Shown piece after piece: positions 1 to 8,211 of a DNA stretch of 64,000 nt (positions are counted from its first letter, which is position 1; every line of letters starts with the position of its first letter). The DNA comes from Acidobacteriota bacterium. GTDB lineage: Bacteria > Acidobacteriota > UBA6911 > RPQK01 > JADFOI01. The notes under the pieces are model-generated. The model did not search any database. It worked only from the letters and a program-made list of their open reading frames with translations, and was not told where the DNA came from. Made by a program: the position numbers and the translations under genes. The DNA lies in contig JAYZCG010000009.1 in assembly GCA_036338435.1 (NCBI GenBank), positions 7,733-71,732 of the forward strand. Reading direction: 5' to 3'.

Positions 1-878
1 CGGGTTGATTTCACGATGTCGGCGCGCTCATCAATCCACCAGTCTTGTCTCAAACCATAGTGCCTCCCTGTACCAGGCATAAACTGCCAAACACCCCTCG
101 CTCCAGCTCGCGAATAAACAGCGGGCCTAAAATTGCTTTCAACATGGGCCATGTAAATCAGACTCTCCGGGATATTCTCTTCTTGAAAGATTTTACGGAA
201 CAAAGGCATGTATTTTCCCGAACGCCGCATGCCAATTTCCATCACCCTACGGCCTTTATTTTGAAAATAATCTAAGAGTCGCAAAACGTAGTCATTCAGG
301 TCGATAGGAATATCAAAGCGGGCATTCAGAAGATCCTGACTGACCTTCTCTTTAATCTCTTGAAGTTTGTCAGGTTCTACTTGGATGCCGAAAAGATCAA
401 GACCAGCCATTGCTTCCAAAGGAGTGGCTACGAACAAAGAGGATTCTATTTGTGATGGATGCGTCCAGATTTGAAGTTCTAGTTCCTGTGTATTCCTCAA
501 CAAGTCATAGTAGGTTTTTTCTAAATCCGGATACAAAAACAGATCGAATTTCGAGTCCTTCAGGTTACTCAATGCCCTCTCGAAGTACTCGCGAGCTTCT
601 TGAAAGAGTTCGTCCTTGAAGAGCTTCTCCCCCTCTTTGAAGAGATCTCTTGACCTTTGAATCAATGGAGCAATGGGATCAGTTTGAGGGATTTCATCAA
701 CAGGAGATTTAACAGGAGATTCAGCTACGGGACTAACCTCGGATACCGGTGCAACCACAACCGGATCGGGATTCTTACTGACCACTTGAGGAGAACTAGT
801 CCGTCTGGCACTACAAGCCGAGAAAAAGAGAAGTCCACTAATCGCTAGTGCTACTAATCTACACGTATCCCGGTGCAC
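1..878 (-). CDS. Lytic murein transglycosylase (MltD-like) lipoprotein, 3'-truncated by the window edge
   Basis: Not in the ORF track because it runs off the window. Manual translation gives GTG at 878 (MHRDTCRLVALAISGLLFFSAC, lipobox-like) in frame with SRAGARGVWQFMPGTGRHYGLRQDWWIDERADIVKST, the SLT-domain signature of MltD-type enzymes. The middle of the frame was not fully translated. Confidence 0.85.
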   Translation of the reverse strand, partial: MHRDTCRLVALAISGLLFFSACSARRTSSPQVVSKNPDPVVVAPVSEVSPVAESPVKSPVDEIPQTDPIAPLIQRSRDLFKEGEKLFKDELFQEAREYFERALSNLKDSKFDLFLYPDLEKTYYDLLRNTQELELQIWTHPSQIESSLFVATPLEAMAGLDLFGIQVEPDKLQEIKEKVSQDLLNARFDIPIDLNDYVLRLLDYFQNKGRRVMEIGMRRSGKYMPLFRKIFQEENIPESLIYMAHVESNFRPAVYSRAGARGVWQFMPGTGRHYGLRQDWWIDERADIVKST

Positions 879-914
879 TCTTACCCCACAACCCCAAATA
901 GGATTCTACAAACT

Positions 915-2609
915 TCACAGTCCTACATCATTGTTCTGCATCAAAGCCATAGCATCGGGCAGAAAATCAATAGCTTTCTGTAATTGATTATCAATTCTCA
1001 ATGCTACTCTAAAACCCTGCTCATCGCCAAAAAGACTCAATACCACTTCACGTTTTAATCGGTTCGCAATAACTTCACGATCCTCTTCAAAACTCTCATG
1101 TGTTAAATCGACTTCTTCCTCTTTCAAAAATTCCTCGAAGAGCTGCAGTGTATGGTCCGTCATTGTCAACGCTTCAATCCGCTGCCTGCGCTCCTCCTCA
1201 GTCAGATCAAACTGTTCTTTGCGATCAAATTGATATTGAGTATCGGATTGTATATCTCCGTCAACTAACTTAGCAGCAAACGCAACAAAGAACTGCTTTC
1301 GATTGATCATTCTCACCAAACTGCTATAGCTATCTAAAGCAACCTCTTGGTCAGGTCTAATGCCTCCGCCCCCAAAAACAGTACGCCCACTGTCGGTTTG
1401 AAAATCTTTACTTTCCGCCCCGGGATTATCGGAACGAGTCAAATAGTATTCATAGAAACTGCTGGAATAGTCACGCTGAATGAGACGATTACTCGGAGTT
1501 AAGTACTTTCCAGTCGTCAACGCCAACCCTCGATTGCCTTCCAAGGGAAAAACGGTCTGCACCAGGGCCTTGCCAAAACTAGTCTCACCCACGATCAGTG
1601 CTCGATCATGATCCTGAAGAGCACCGGAAACGATCTCACTGGCACTAGCGCTGTTCCTGTTAATCAAGACCACCATCGGATATTTGTACTTACCGCCCTC
1701 CTTAGCTCGAAACTCTCGGCCTCGGCCACTACGATTTAAGGTGCTCACAATGACCTGTCCCTTTTTCAAAAATCGATCTGAGACCGCCAAGGCCTGACTC
1801 AAGGCGCCTCCAGGATTATCACGCAAATCCAGCACAAGACCAGTGAGGCTTTCTTCATCTAACTTGGCCATGGCCTCATCAAGCTCGTCACCTGTTGTTT
1901 CAGAAAACTTGTTGATTCTGACGTAACCAATCCCCTGACCGAGCCGAAAAACATACTTGATCGTATACAGAGAAATCTCGTCACGTATTACTGTGAGCTC
2001 TATGGCTTCTCCCTCGCCTGGACGTTCAATGGTTATGTTGACTGGCGTGCCTTTAGGGCCCTTTAAATTAGGGATGACTTCTCCATTAAGATCCCAGTCA
2101 TCAATGGGAGTCCCCTCAATTTTAGAAATAACATCTCCAGCTCTCAATCCCACTTTGTAGGCTGGAGTCCCGGGGGATGGTGGTTCCATAATGGCCACCC
2201 TCCCACTACCCGGTGACTCAGCACGAATAGTAATCCCCAAGCCGTAGTACCGCCCGCGTTGCTCTTCTTGAAGCCGGTTATAGTTAGAGACACTAAAAAA
2301 GGAACTATGGGGATCAAATGTTCTCAGTAGGCCGTGAATTGCACTTTCCACCAATTCTTCTGTCGGTACTGGCTCGACATAGTGTTTCTGAGCGGCCGCC
2401 AGAGCCACTGCAAAAGTCTTTAGTAAACGAGTGGTATCACTTTCTAGCGGAGGCCCTGCAGTCAACGGCTTGCCAAACCAACCACCTAGCAAGGCGGTGA
2501 CCATAACGCTACTCAGTAAAAAGACCCCCAGTTTATTTTTCATCGGCTCTCTCACAGGACAGTATATCACTGTAATAAGCATCAAACGAGTCAATATGCA
2601 ATGGTTCAA
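915..2609 (-). CDS. S41 family C-terminal processing peptidase (CtpA/Prc-like) with PDZ domain
   Basis: Motifs DPHSSF, YYGLGITI (PDZ), LDLRDNPGG, SASASEIVSGALQD and GETSFGKALVQ. Likely true start is the ATG at 2543 (MKNKLGVFLL, signal or anchor). Confidence 0.92.
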   Translation of the reverse strand: MNHCILTRLMLITVIYCPVREPMKNKLGVFLLSSVMVTALLGGWFGKPLTAGPPLESDTTRLLKTFAVALAAAQKHYVEPVPTEELVESAIHGLLRTFDPHSSFFSVSNYNRLQEEQRGRYYGLGITIRAESPGSGRVAIMEPPSPGTPAYKVGLRAGDVISKIEGTPIDDWDLNGEVIPNLKGPKGTPVNITIERPGEGEAIELTVIRDEISLYTIKYVFRLGQGIGYVRINKFSETTGDELDEAMAKLDEESLTGLVLDLRDNPGGALSQALAVSDRFLKKGQVIVSTLNRSGRGREFRAKEGGKYKYPMVVLINRNSASASEIVSGALQDHDRALIVGETSFGKALVQTVFPLEGNRGLALTTGKYLTPSNRLIQRDYSSSFYEYYLTRSDNPGAESKDFQTDSGRTVFGGGGIRPDQEVALDSYSSLVRMINRKQFFVAFAAKLVDGDIQSDTQYQFDRKEQFDLTEEERRQRIEALTMTDHTLQLFEEFLKEEEVDLTHESFEEDREVIANRLKREVVLSLFGDEQGFRVALRIDNQLQKAIDFLPDAMALMQNNDVGL

Positions 2610-2628
2610 ACTAGAATTTGGGGGAGCA

Positions 2629-2658
2629 TTGACAATCCTGGCAACCTGCGCCTAACAT
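2629..2658 (+). promoter_or_regulatory. Putative sigma70 promoter for the NRAMP-family gene
   Basis: TTGACA (2629-2634), 18 nt, TAACAT (2653-2658), about 22 nt before ATG 2681. Confidence 0.4.
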
Positions 2659-2680
2659 CCTGTGTTGTCCCTTACACTTT

Positions 2681-3883
2681 ATGTCGAAATTATCCAACAT
2701 AGGGCCTGGGCTAGTTATTACCGCTGCCTTCATAGGTCCTGGCACTATCACCACATGCACTCTGGCCGGTAGCAACCTAGGCTACACTCTCCTGTGGGTC
2801 TTAATTTTTGCCAGTTTAGCAACCTTTGTTCTACAGGAGATGAGTGGTCGATTGAGCCTTGTGGGAGGTATGGGATTAGGAGAAGCCCTCCATGATGAAC
2901 TGCCCGGTCGAATCGTTCGTCTAATGGGACTCGTCATCGTAATTTGTGCTGTTGGTATCGGCAATGCGGCCTATCAAACGGGAAATTTCCTGGGAGCCTC
3001 CCTTGGCCTGTCAGCCTTAACCGGAACAGGAGTCCAGATGTGGCCTCTAATCGTCGGGACTATTGCATTCGTGCTACTGTGGATTGGCTCCTACAAGACA
3101 CTGGAGCGTGTTTTGTTTGGGTTCGTAATAATGATGAGTGCCTGCTTCGTTCTCACTGCCCTAATCACCCGACCCAACATGAGTCTACTTCTCAAAGGGA
3201 TGTTTCTTCCTCAACTTTCCGAAGATAGTATTTACATTGCTATTGGACTGGTTGGCACTACAATCGTCCCCTACAATTTGTTTCTCTACTCTTCAATTGT
3301 CCGAGAACGTTGGGGCACTGGGACAGATCTCCGAATTGCACGAACAGATCTGATGGTAGCGGTGCTACTGGGAGGGGGAATCTCCATGGCCGTTGTAACA
3401 ACAGCGGCATACGCCTTTTTCCAGAGGGAAATGGGAATCTCCAATGCAGCTGATATGGCGATCCAGCTAGAACCCCTACTGGGCAGTATGGCAAAAACGG
3501 CTATGGCCATAGGACTCTTTGGAGCCGGCATGTCCTCCGCTATAACCGCACCACTGGCCACCGCCTATGCCTTGCAGGGCATGTGCGGCTGGAAAGGGGG
3601 CCTCAAACAGGCACGTTTCCGTTTGATCTGGATTTCCACATTATTAACCGGAGTTGTTTTCTCGTCCATGGGCTTCCAGCCCGTTTCGGCTATTCTCTTT
3701 GCCCAAGTGGCCAACGGCATCATGCTCCCTTTCGTTGCCGTCTTCCTCCTATATGCCGCAAACAGTCGCCGATTGTTAGGTGATCAGGTAAATTCGTGGA
3801 AGGCTAACATGGCAGGAGGGCTGGTCATTGCCATCACTCTAGTGCTAGGGTTCCGTGGAGTAACGAAAATTCTTGATCTCTAG
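2681..3883 (+). CDS. NRAMP-family divalent metal transporter (MntH-like)
   Basis: N-terminal GPGLVITAAFIGPGTITT, LQEMSGRL and GTTIVPYNLFL motifs; about 11 hydrophobic segments. Confidence 0.85.
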   Translation: MSKLSNIGPGLVITAAFIGPGTITTCTLAGSNLGYTLLWVLIFASLATFVLQEMSGRLSLVGGMGLGEALHDELPGRIVRLMGLVIVICAVGIGNAAYQTGNFLGASLGLSALTGTGVQMWPLIVGTIAFVLLWIGSYKTLERVLFGFVIMMSACFVLTALITRPNMSLLLKGMFLPQLSEDSIYIAIGLVGTTIVPYNLFLYSSIVRERWGTGTDLRIARTDLMVAVLLGGGISMAVVTTAAYAFFQREMGISNAADMAIQLEPLLGSMAKTAMAIGLFGAGMSSAITAPLATAYALQGMCGWKGGLKQARFRLIWISTLLTGVVFSSMGFQPVSAILFAQVANGIMLPFVAVFLLYAANSRRLLGDQVNSWKANMAGGLVIAITLVLGFRGVTKILDL

Positions 3884-3913
3884 CCGGGTCAATAGGGCTA
3901 CTCGCAAGAACGG

Positions 3914-4483
3914 CTAGTGCATGTAGAAGAAACAACTGAAAATAGCAGGAGGCGCGTCCGGCAAAACATGTGAAACCTTTAGTACAACATCACCAAACTC
4001 CACCTCTTCAACACGCTCCCCCTCCTTACCAGAGGCCTCTACTCGGTGGGGAAGGACGATATCCTCAGGCGAGATTGAGCCAACATTGAAAGTTATCTCA
4101 GCTATGGGACCATTGGGGAGGGCTTTCCCACCCTGGACTGATAAGTGAAGTATGGAGATATCGCCTTCTGAACTATCCTGGATCTCTGCCTTGACCACCG
4201 CCCCAGCCAGATCTGCTGCAATCCCCGCTCGTGTGCTTAAGTAGGTAAGTTTGGATGTAGGAAATTCTAACCAATGCTCCAGTTGGGACATAGAAACATC
4301 CGGCGCATTCGAAAGTAGGATGGTCACATAAGTCCGTTGTCCAGGCTGTACCGTGGGAGAAGCAAGTACAATGGATGCCCTACCACTTTCCTCTTCTTCC
4401 TGACTCAGCTCTGGCACCTCGTCCTGGGCCCGAACCAGCCCAAAACTAAGTAGCAAGATCGCTACACCAGCAGTCTTGTACAT
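3914..4483 (-). CDS. Secreted cohesin-like beta-sandwich protein with C-terminal CFFYMH tail (copy 1)
   Basis: Sec-type signal peptide (MYKTAGVAILLLSFGLVRA), alternating beta-strand pattern (LEFPTSKLTY, GPIAEITFNV), ends PPAIFSCFFYMH*. The cohesin assignment is by pattern only. Confidence 0.75.
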   Translation of the reverse strand: MYKTAGVAILLLSFGLVRAQDEVPELSQEEEESGRASIVLASPTVQPGQRTYVTILLSNAPDVSMSQLEHWLEFPTSKLTYLSTRAGIAADLAGAVVKAEIQDSSEGDISILHLSVQGGKALPNGPIAEITFNVGSISPEDIVLPHRVEASGKEGERVEEVEFGDVVLKVSHVLPDAPPAIFSCFFYMH

Positions 4484-4610
4484 GACCTACTCCTCACTCT
4501 CAATACTCTCAAAATGCCCAGATCCACTGTCTAAAACTCAAAGTGATTCACGCAGTCGTAAGAGGTTTAAAACCGACCCCTAACTATATCACATTCCCGA
4601 TCAAGGCCCC

Positions 4611-5609
4611 TCAGACCCGAATAAGTCTCTTTATATTCTCCTCATAAATCTTCCCCTTGTCCTCTCCAGAGGCTTCCAGATCCTCCATCGTTTTGATGGT
4701 GTCACCGACAAAGACGTGGCCTCCTTCGGAGTCAAAAGGCATGTCCGAACCAAATAGGACTCGGTCCACACCGAAAAAATCAATTCCACACTCCAGGGCC
4801 GCAACTGAGCCATTGGTAGCTGTATCTGCATAGAACATCTTGAAATAATCATAGGGATGACGTTTGAGTTTACCTAATAGTTCCCGACCGGCATCCGATC
4901 TCTTGCCTACCTTGTTGTATCCCTGGAGAATTCTTCCGTGGGTATAGGGAACTAAACCACCAAGATGATGGGTTATGATCTTCAGAGTGGGATATTTGTC
5001 AAAAAGACCGGCAAAAACTAGTCGAGTCATGGCGGCCGTACTGTCATAAGTCCATCCGAAAATATGCCAGATATCGTATAACGACTCACTCTCAGCTGGA
5101 TAATCAGAGAACTTCCCATTCCGCCCTGGATGTAGCCAGATAGGCAAATCACATTCTGCCATTTTTTTAAAAATGGGCATGAATTCAGGGTCGTCTAAAG
5201 GACGCCCCTTAACATGGGTAAAAAGCTGGATGCCTTTGAGATCCAAATCGTTAATTGCCCTATCTATTTCAATCAGGGCTGCATCGGGATCGTTCATGGG
5301 AATACAGGCCACAGCCCCCACAAAACGATCCGGATATTTGGTAACCAACTCTGCCATTTCATCATTGGCAATGCGAGACATCTCCGCAGCCTCTTCCGGA
5401 TCGGCTATCACTTCCACAGGAGGATTAGCCATGGTCAAAATCTGGACGTAGTCATCGAACATATCCATGACTCTGAACCTCTCTTCAAGATTGATTATAG
5501 CGGGCATTGTCTTAAGCCGTGCCTCTAGACCCATCGAGGGTGGAGCCGCAGCTAAACGTCTTTTGTTAAACTCTGGTGTGAGGATATGGCAGAAAACATC
5601 AATTTTCAC
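4611..5609 (-). CDS. Amidohydrolase_2 family protein (cytoplasmic; nonoxidative decarboxylase/hydrolase class)
   Basis: MKIDVFCHI start, PIWLHP, IITHHLGGLVP and RVLFGSDMPF motifs; no signal peptide. Confidence 0.88.
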   Translation of the reverse strand: MKIDVFCHILTPEFNKRRLAAAPPSMGLEARLKTMPAIINLEERFRVMDMFDDYVQILTMANPPVEVIADPEEAAEMSRIANDEMAELVTKYPDRFVGAVACIPMNDPDAALIEIDRAINDLDLKGIQLFTHVKGRPLDDPEFMPIFKKMAECDLPIWLHPGRNGKFSDYPAESESLYDIWHIFGWTYDSTAAMTRLVFAGLFDKYPTLKIITHHLGGLVPYTHGRILQGYNKVGKRSDAGRELLGKLKRHPYDYFKMFYADTATNGSVAALECGIDFFGVDRVLFGSDMPFDSEGGHVFVGDTIKTMEDLEASGEDKGKIYEENIKRLIRV

Positions 5610-5613
5610 AACT

Positions 5614-5637
5614 CTGTACTCCTTTCTGTACTCCTTT
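5614..5637 (-). repeat. 12-bp tandem duplication containing the Shine-Dalgarno sequence
   Basis: CTGTACTCCTTT x2 on plus, which is AAAGGAGTACAG x2 on minus, directly upstream of GTG 5609. Confidence 0.85.
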
Positions 5638-5803
5638 AGTAGTCCTGGGTAAACATGGCCAGAGTTTAATTAGAGACTGCGTAGGTGTCAATGGAATGCA
5701 ACGACAGATTAAGAATACTATTGGACTAGCTAGTGTGTACACACCCCAATCCAGTCTTGACAAACCCATCTTGCGACTTTAGACTACACGCCCAACCACG
5801 ATA

Positions 5804-6784
5804 ATGAAAACTCAACCGTCGTCCCTTCCCTCCTTCAGCGGAATCATCGGGGCATGTCTGACGCCCTTTCACGAGGATGGTCAGATTAATTATGAGGCGC
5901 TGAAACAAGAAATCGACTTTATTGTCGAAGATGCAGACGCAATCTCCATTGCCGCTGTAGAAGCCGCAGAATACACGATGCTTTCCATCCAAGAACGGAA
6001 AGAGCTCATGAAGATCGCAACCGAGATGGTTGGGAAACGCATTCCGGTTATTCTCGGTGCATCCCATCCCTCTCCAAAGCGAGCTATCGAGCTATCTGAA
6101 TACTGCGCTGATGTGGGTGCCGACATGGTTCAAGTCTTAATGCCGCTCCGTCCTTGGGGAAACCAGCCAACCATGAAGGAATTAATTGATTATTTCACGG
6201 AAATCGCCATGGCTTGTCCCGTTCCCATCATTGCCTATCACAATCCTGGAGCGGGAGCAGATCCCGATATGGAAACAACCATACGCCTAAGTGATATCTT
6301 TAACATCTGTGCCTTCAAGGAAAGCTCTCGCGATATTACTAAAATAACAAGGATGATTGAGGAAATTGAGCTGAGTGGGAACGCCCAGTATTTCACAACC
6401 ATGCAACCACTTTTGATGACCCTGGTTATGGGGGGATCAGGCGCTACCATGCCACCTCCGGGAACCCGCATTGGCGCGAAGGTAGTAAAGGCATTTCGAG
6501 AGGGCGATCAGGAAAAAGCTAAATATTGGCAACGCTTTTACTCCATGTTTCCAGCTAAATGGGGTGCCTATGGACTACCGCCTGTGATGAAATCAGCCTT
6601 AAAACACTTCGACATTGACATGGGAGATCCATCTCCACCTTACAAGCCTGTTGATCCCCGAGACCACGCTCAAATCGGAGAGTTTTTCCGTCAAATTGGC
6701 CTCTTTGATAAAGGAGAACAAACGGAAGTATCCTTCACGGAAGTAGTCTCCAAAATGGGACGGAAAGATACCTTTCTCCGTTAG
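5804..6784 (+). CDS. Dihydrodipicolinate synthase-family (class I aldolase/lyase) protein
   Basis: IIGACLTPFHEDGQINYEAL, IAYHNP (Tyr) and AFKESS (Schiff-base Lys). Confidence 0.85.
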   Translation: MKTQPSSLPSFSGIIGACLTPFHEDGQINYEALKQEIDFIVEDADAISIAAVEAAEYTMLSIQERKELMKIATEMVGKRIPVILGASHPSPKRAIELSEYCADVGADMVQVLMPLRPWGNQPTMKELIDYFTEIAMACPVPIIAYHNPGAGADPDMETTIRLSDIFNICAFKESSRDITKITRMIEEIELSGNAQYFTTMQPLLMTLVMGGSGATMPPPGTRIGAKVVKAFREGDQEKAKYWQRFYSMFPAKWGAYGLPPVMKSALKHFDIDMGDPSPPYKPVDPRDHAQIGEFFRQIGLFDKGEQTEVSFTEVVSKMGRKDTFLR

Positions 6785-6813
6785 ACCAGTGAGGTATTAA
6801 TCCGGATAAATAA

Positions 6814-8199
6814 ATGCTGACAGTATTTTGGAGTATTGGTCTTATTTCGGTGTTCTTTGTCTTCCTGTTTGTGGGCAAAACCAAAGGTCCTTTCGAGCTG
6901 ATTAAACAATGGACGGACACCTGGATTTCTCGATTCTTGAGGTCAACCTCACACTTTGGCCAGGAACTCACTAAAGAAAGCCTTGCAGATCAAAGATGGT
7001 TGCGAAGAATACGTCTGCGGGATTTGCACTATCACGCTCCCACAATTATTACCCACCCTCGCCACAGAATCGTAGTATTAGGAGGGGGAAGCGGTGGCTT
7101 GGTCGCTGCTACTCAGCTAGCTCGAACACTCGGAACAGATCATGAGGTCATCCTGATTGATCGGCGTCCTGACCATGTCTTTATGCCAGCTTTTCTCTTC
7201 CTAATGGTAGGTCAACGACGTCCTCAGGATATCACTCGCAAACTGAAACGCCTTGAACGACACAACGTCAAAGTTGTCCAAGCTGAGATCGAAGGTATTG
7301 ATCCACAACGTCAAGAGATTATGCTGGACACAGATTCGCTTCACTACGACCATCTCATCATTTCTCTTGGGATGCAAACTGCCCCCGAGCTACTTACCGG
7401 ATTCACTGAAGCAGCTGAGCATAGTTGGGAGTTAGATGCCACTGTCAGTCTGCAGAAAACATTGCAATCCTTTGAAAAGGGACGCATTCTTGTTGGAGTC
7501 CCATCTGGTCCCTACCGGTGTCCACCTGCCCCCTACGAGGCTCAGTGGATGCTGGATAGTTATTTCAATGAGCGGGGCATTCGAGAAAAGATCAAAATTG
7601 AATTTTTTACAACCAGTCCTGAGCCAACAGGAGAAGAACGCACCCCTGCCGTGTGGATGGATGCACAAAGCAAAAAGCGGGGAATCAGGCAACACTACTC
7701 ATTCACTGCCCAATCGATTGATGCCGAACAACGAACCGTCAAGGGCCTTTATGGAGTTGAACTGCCCTACGACCTCCTGTTTATGGTTCCGCCTCACAAC
7801 CCAGCTCAAGCACTGGTCGACAGTGGGTTGGCAGAAACAAGAAACGGCATCCGCGTTGACTACGATACCATGGCAACACGCTGGAACAATGTTTACGCAA
7901 TTGGAGACTGTGCCGATATGCCAGTTTCCAAATCGGGCGGAGTAGCACACCAACAAGCCGAGCTGGTAGCCCATAATCTGATGGTTGAGCTAACCGGAGG
8001 AGGAGAACCCAAAACTTTACACTTACATGTTTTGTGACTACTTGCTTATGGCGCGGGCCGCGCCGCTGCTAATCGGACCATCTATCCTGCCAGCTGGCCC
8101 CCCTTTGGTTCGCCTGAGAGCCGTACTTGGGGCCCCTCTAGACTAATCTATGGAGCCAAGGTTGGTTTTGAAAAATGGTGGTTGTGGCGTTATTTTTGA
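6814..8199 (+). CDS. Sulfide:quinone oxidoreductase-like FAD-dependent oxidoreductase; candidate selenoprotein (in-frame TGA at 8035-8037)
   Basis: GGGSGG FAD motif, YRCPPAPYE and YAIGDCA. The ORF track stops at 8037, but the frame continues open for 53 codons (LLAYGAGRAA...GAKVGFEKWWLWRYF*) to TGA 8197-8199, supplying the typical SQR C-terminus. The family call is strong; readthrough is inferred. Confidence 0.75.
8050..8064 (+). promoter_or_regulatory. SECIS-like hairpin downstream of the in-frame UGA
   Basis: GGCGCG-GGC-CGCGCC perfect 6-bp stem starting 12 nt after the UGA, with a G-first apical loop. Confidence 0.5.
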
Positions 8200-8211
8200 G
8201 GAAATTAAGTA

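Noticed and set aside
3914-3934. CFFYMH as a BamA beta-signal, or as a DNA repeat or mobile element end
   Set aside because: Beta-signals end in an aromatic residue on beta-barrel proteins, whereas these are small soluble domains ending in His. Synonymous codon differences and dissimilar flanks argue against a DNA-level repeat.
7436-7945. 169-aa alternative-frame ORF inside the SQR-like gene, as a possible frameshift product
   Set aside because: No recognisable motif. The missing SQR C-terminus is in the original frame past the TGA, so no frameshift is needed.
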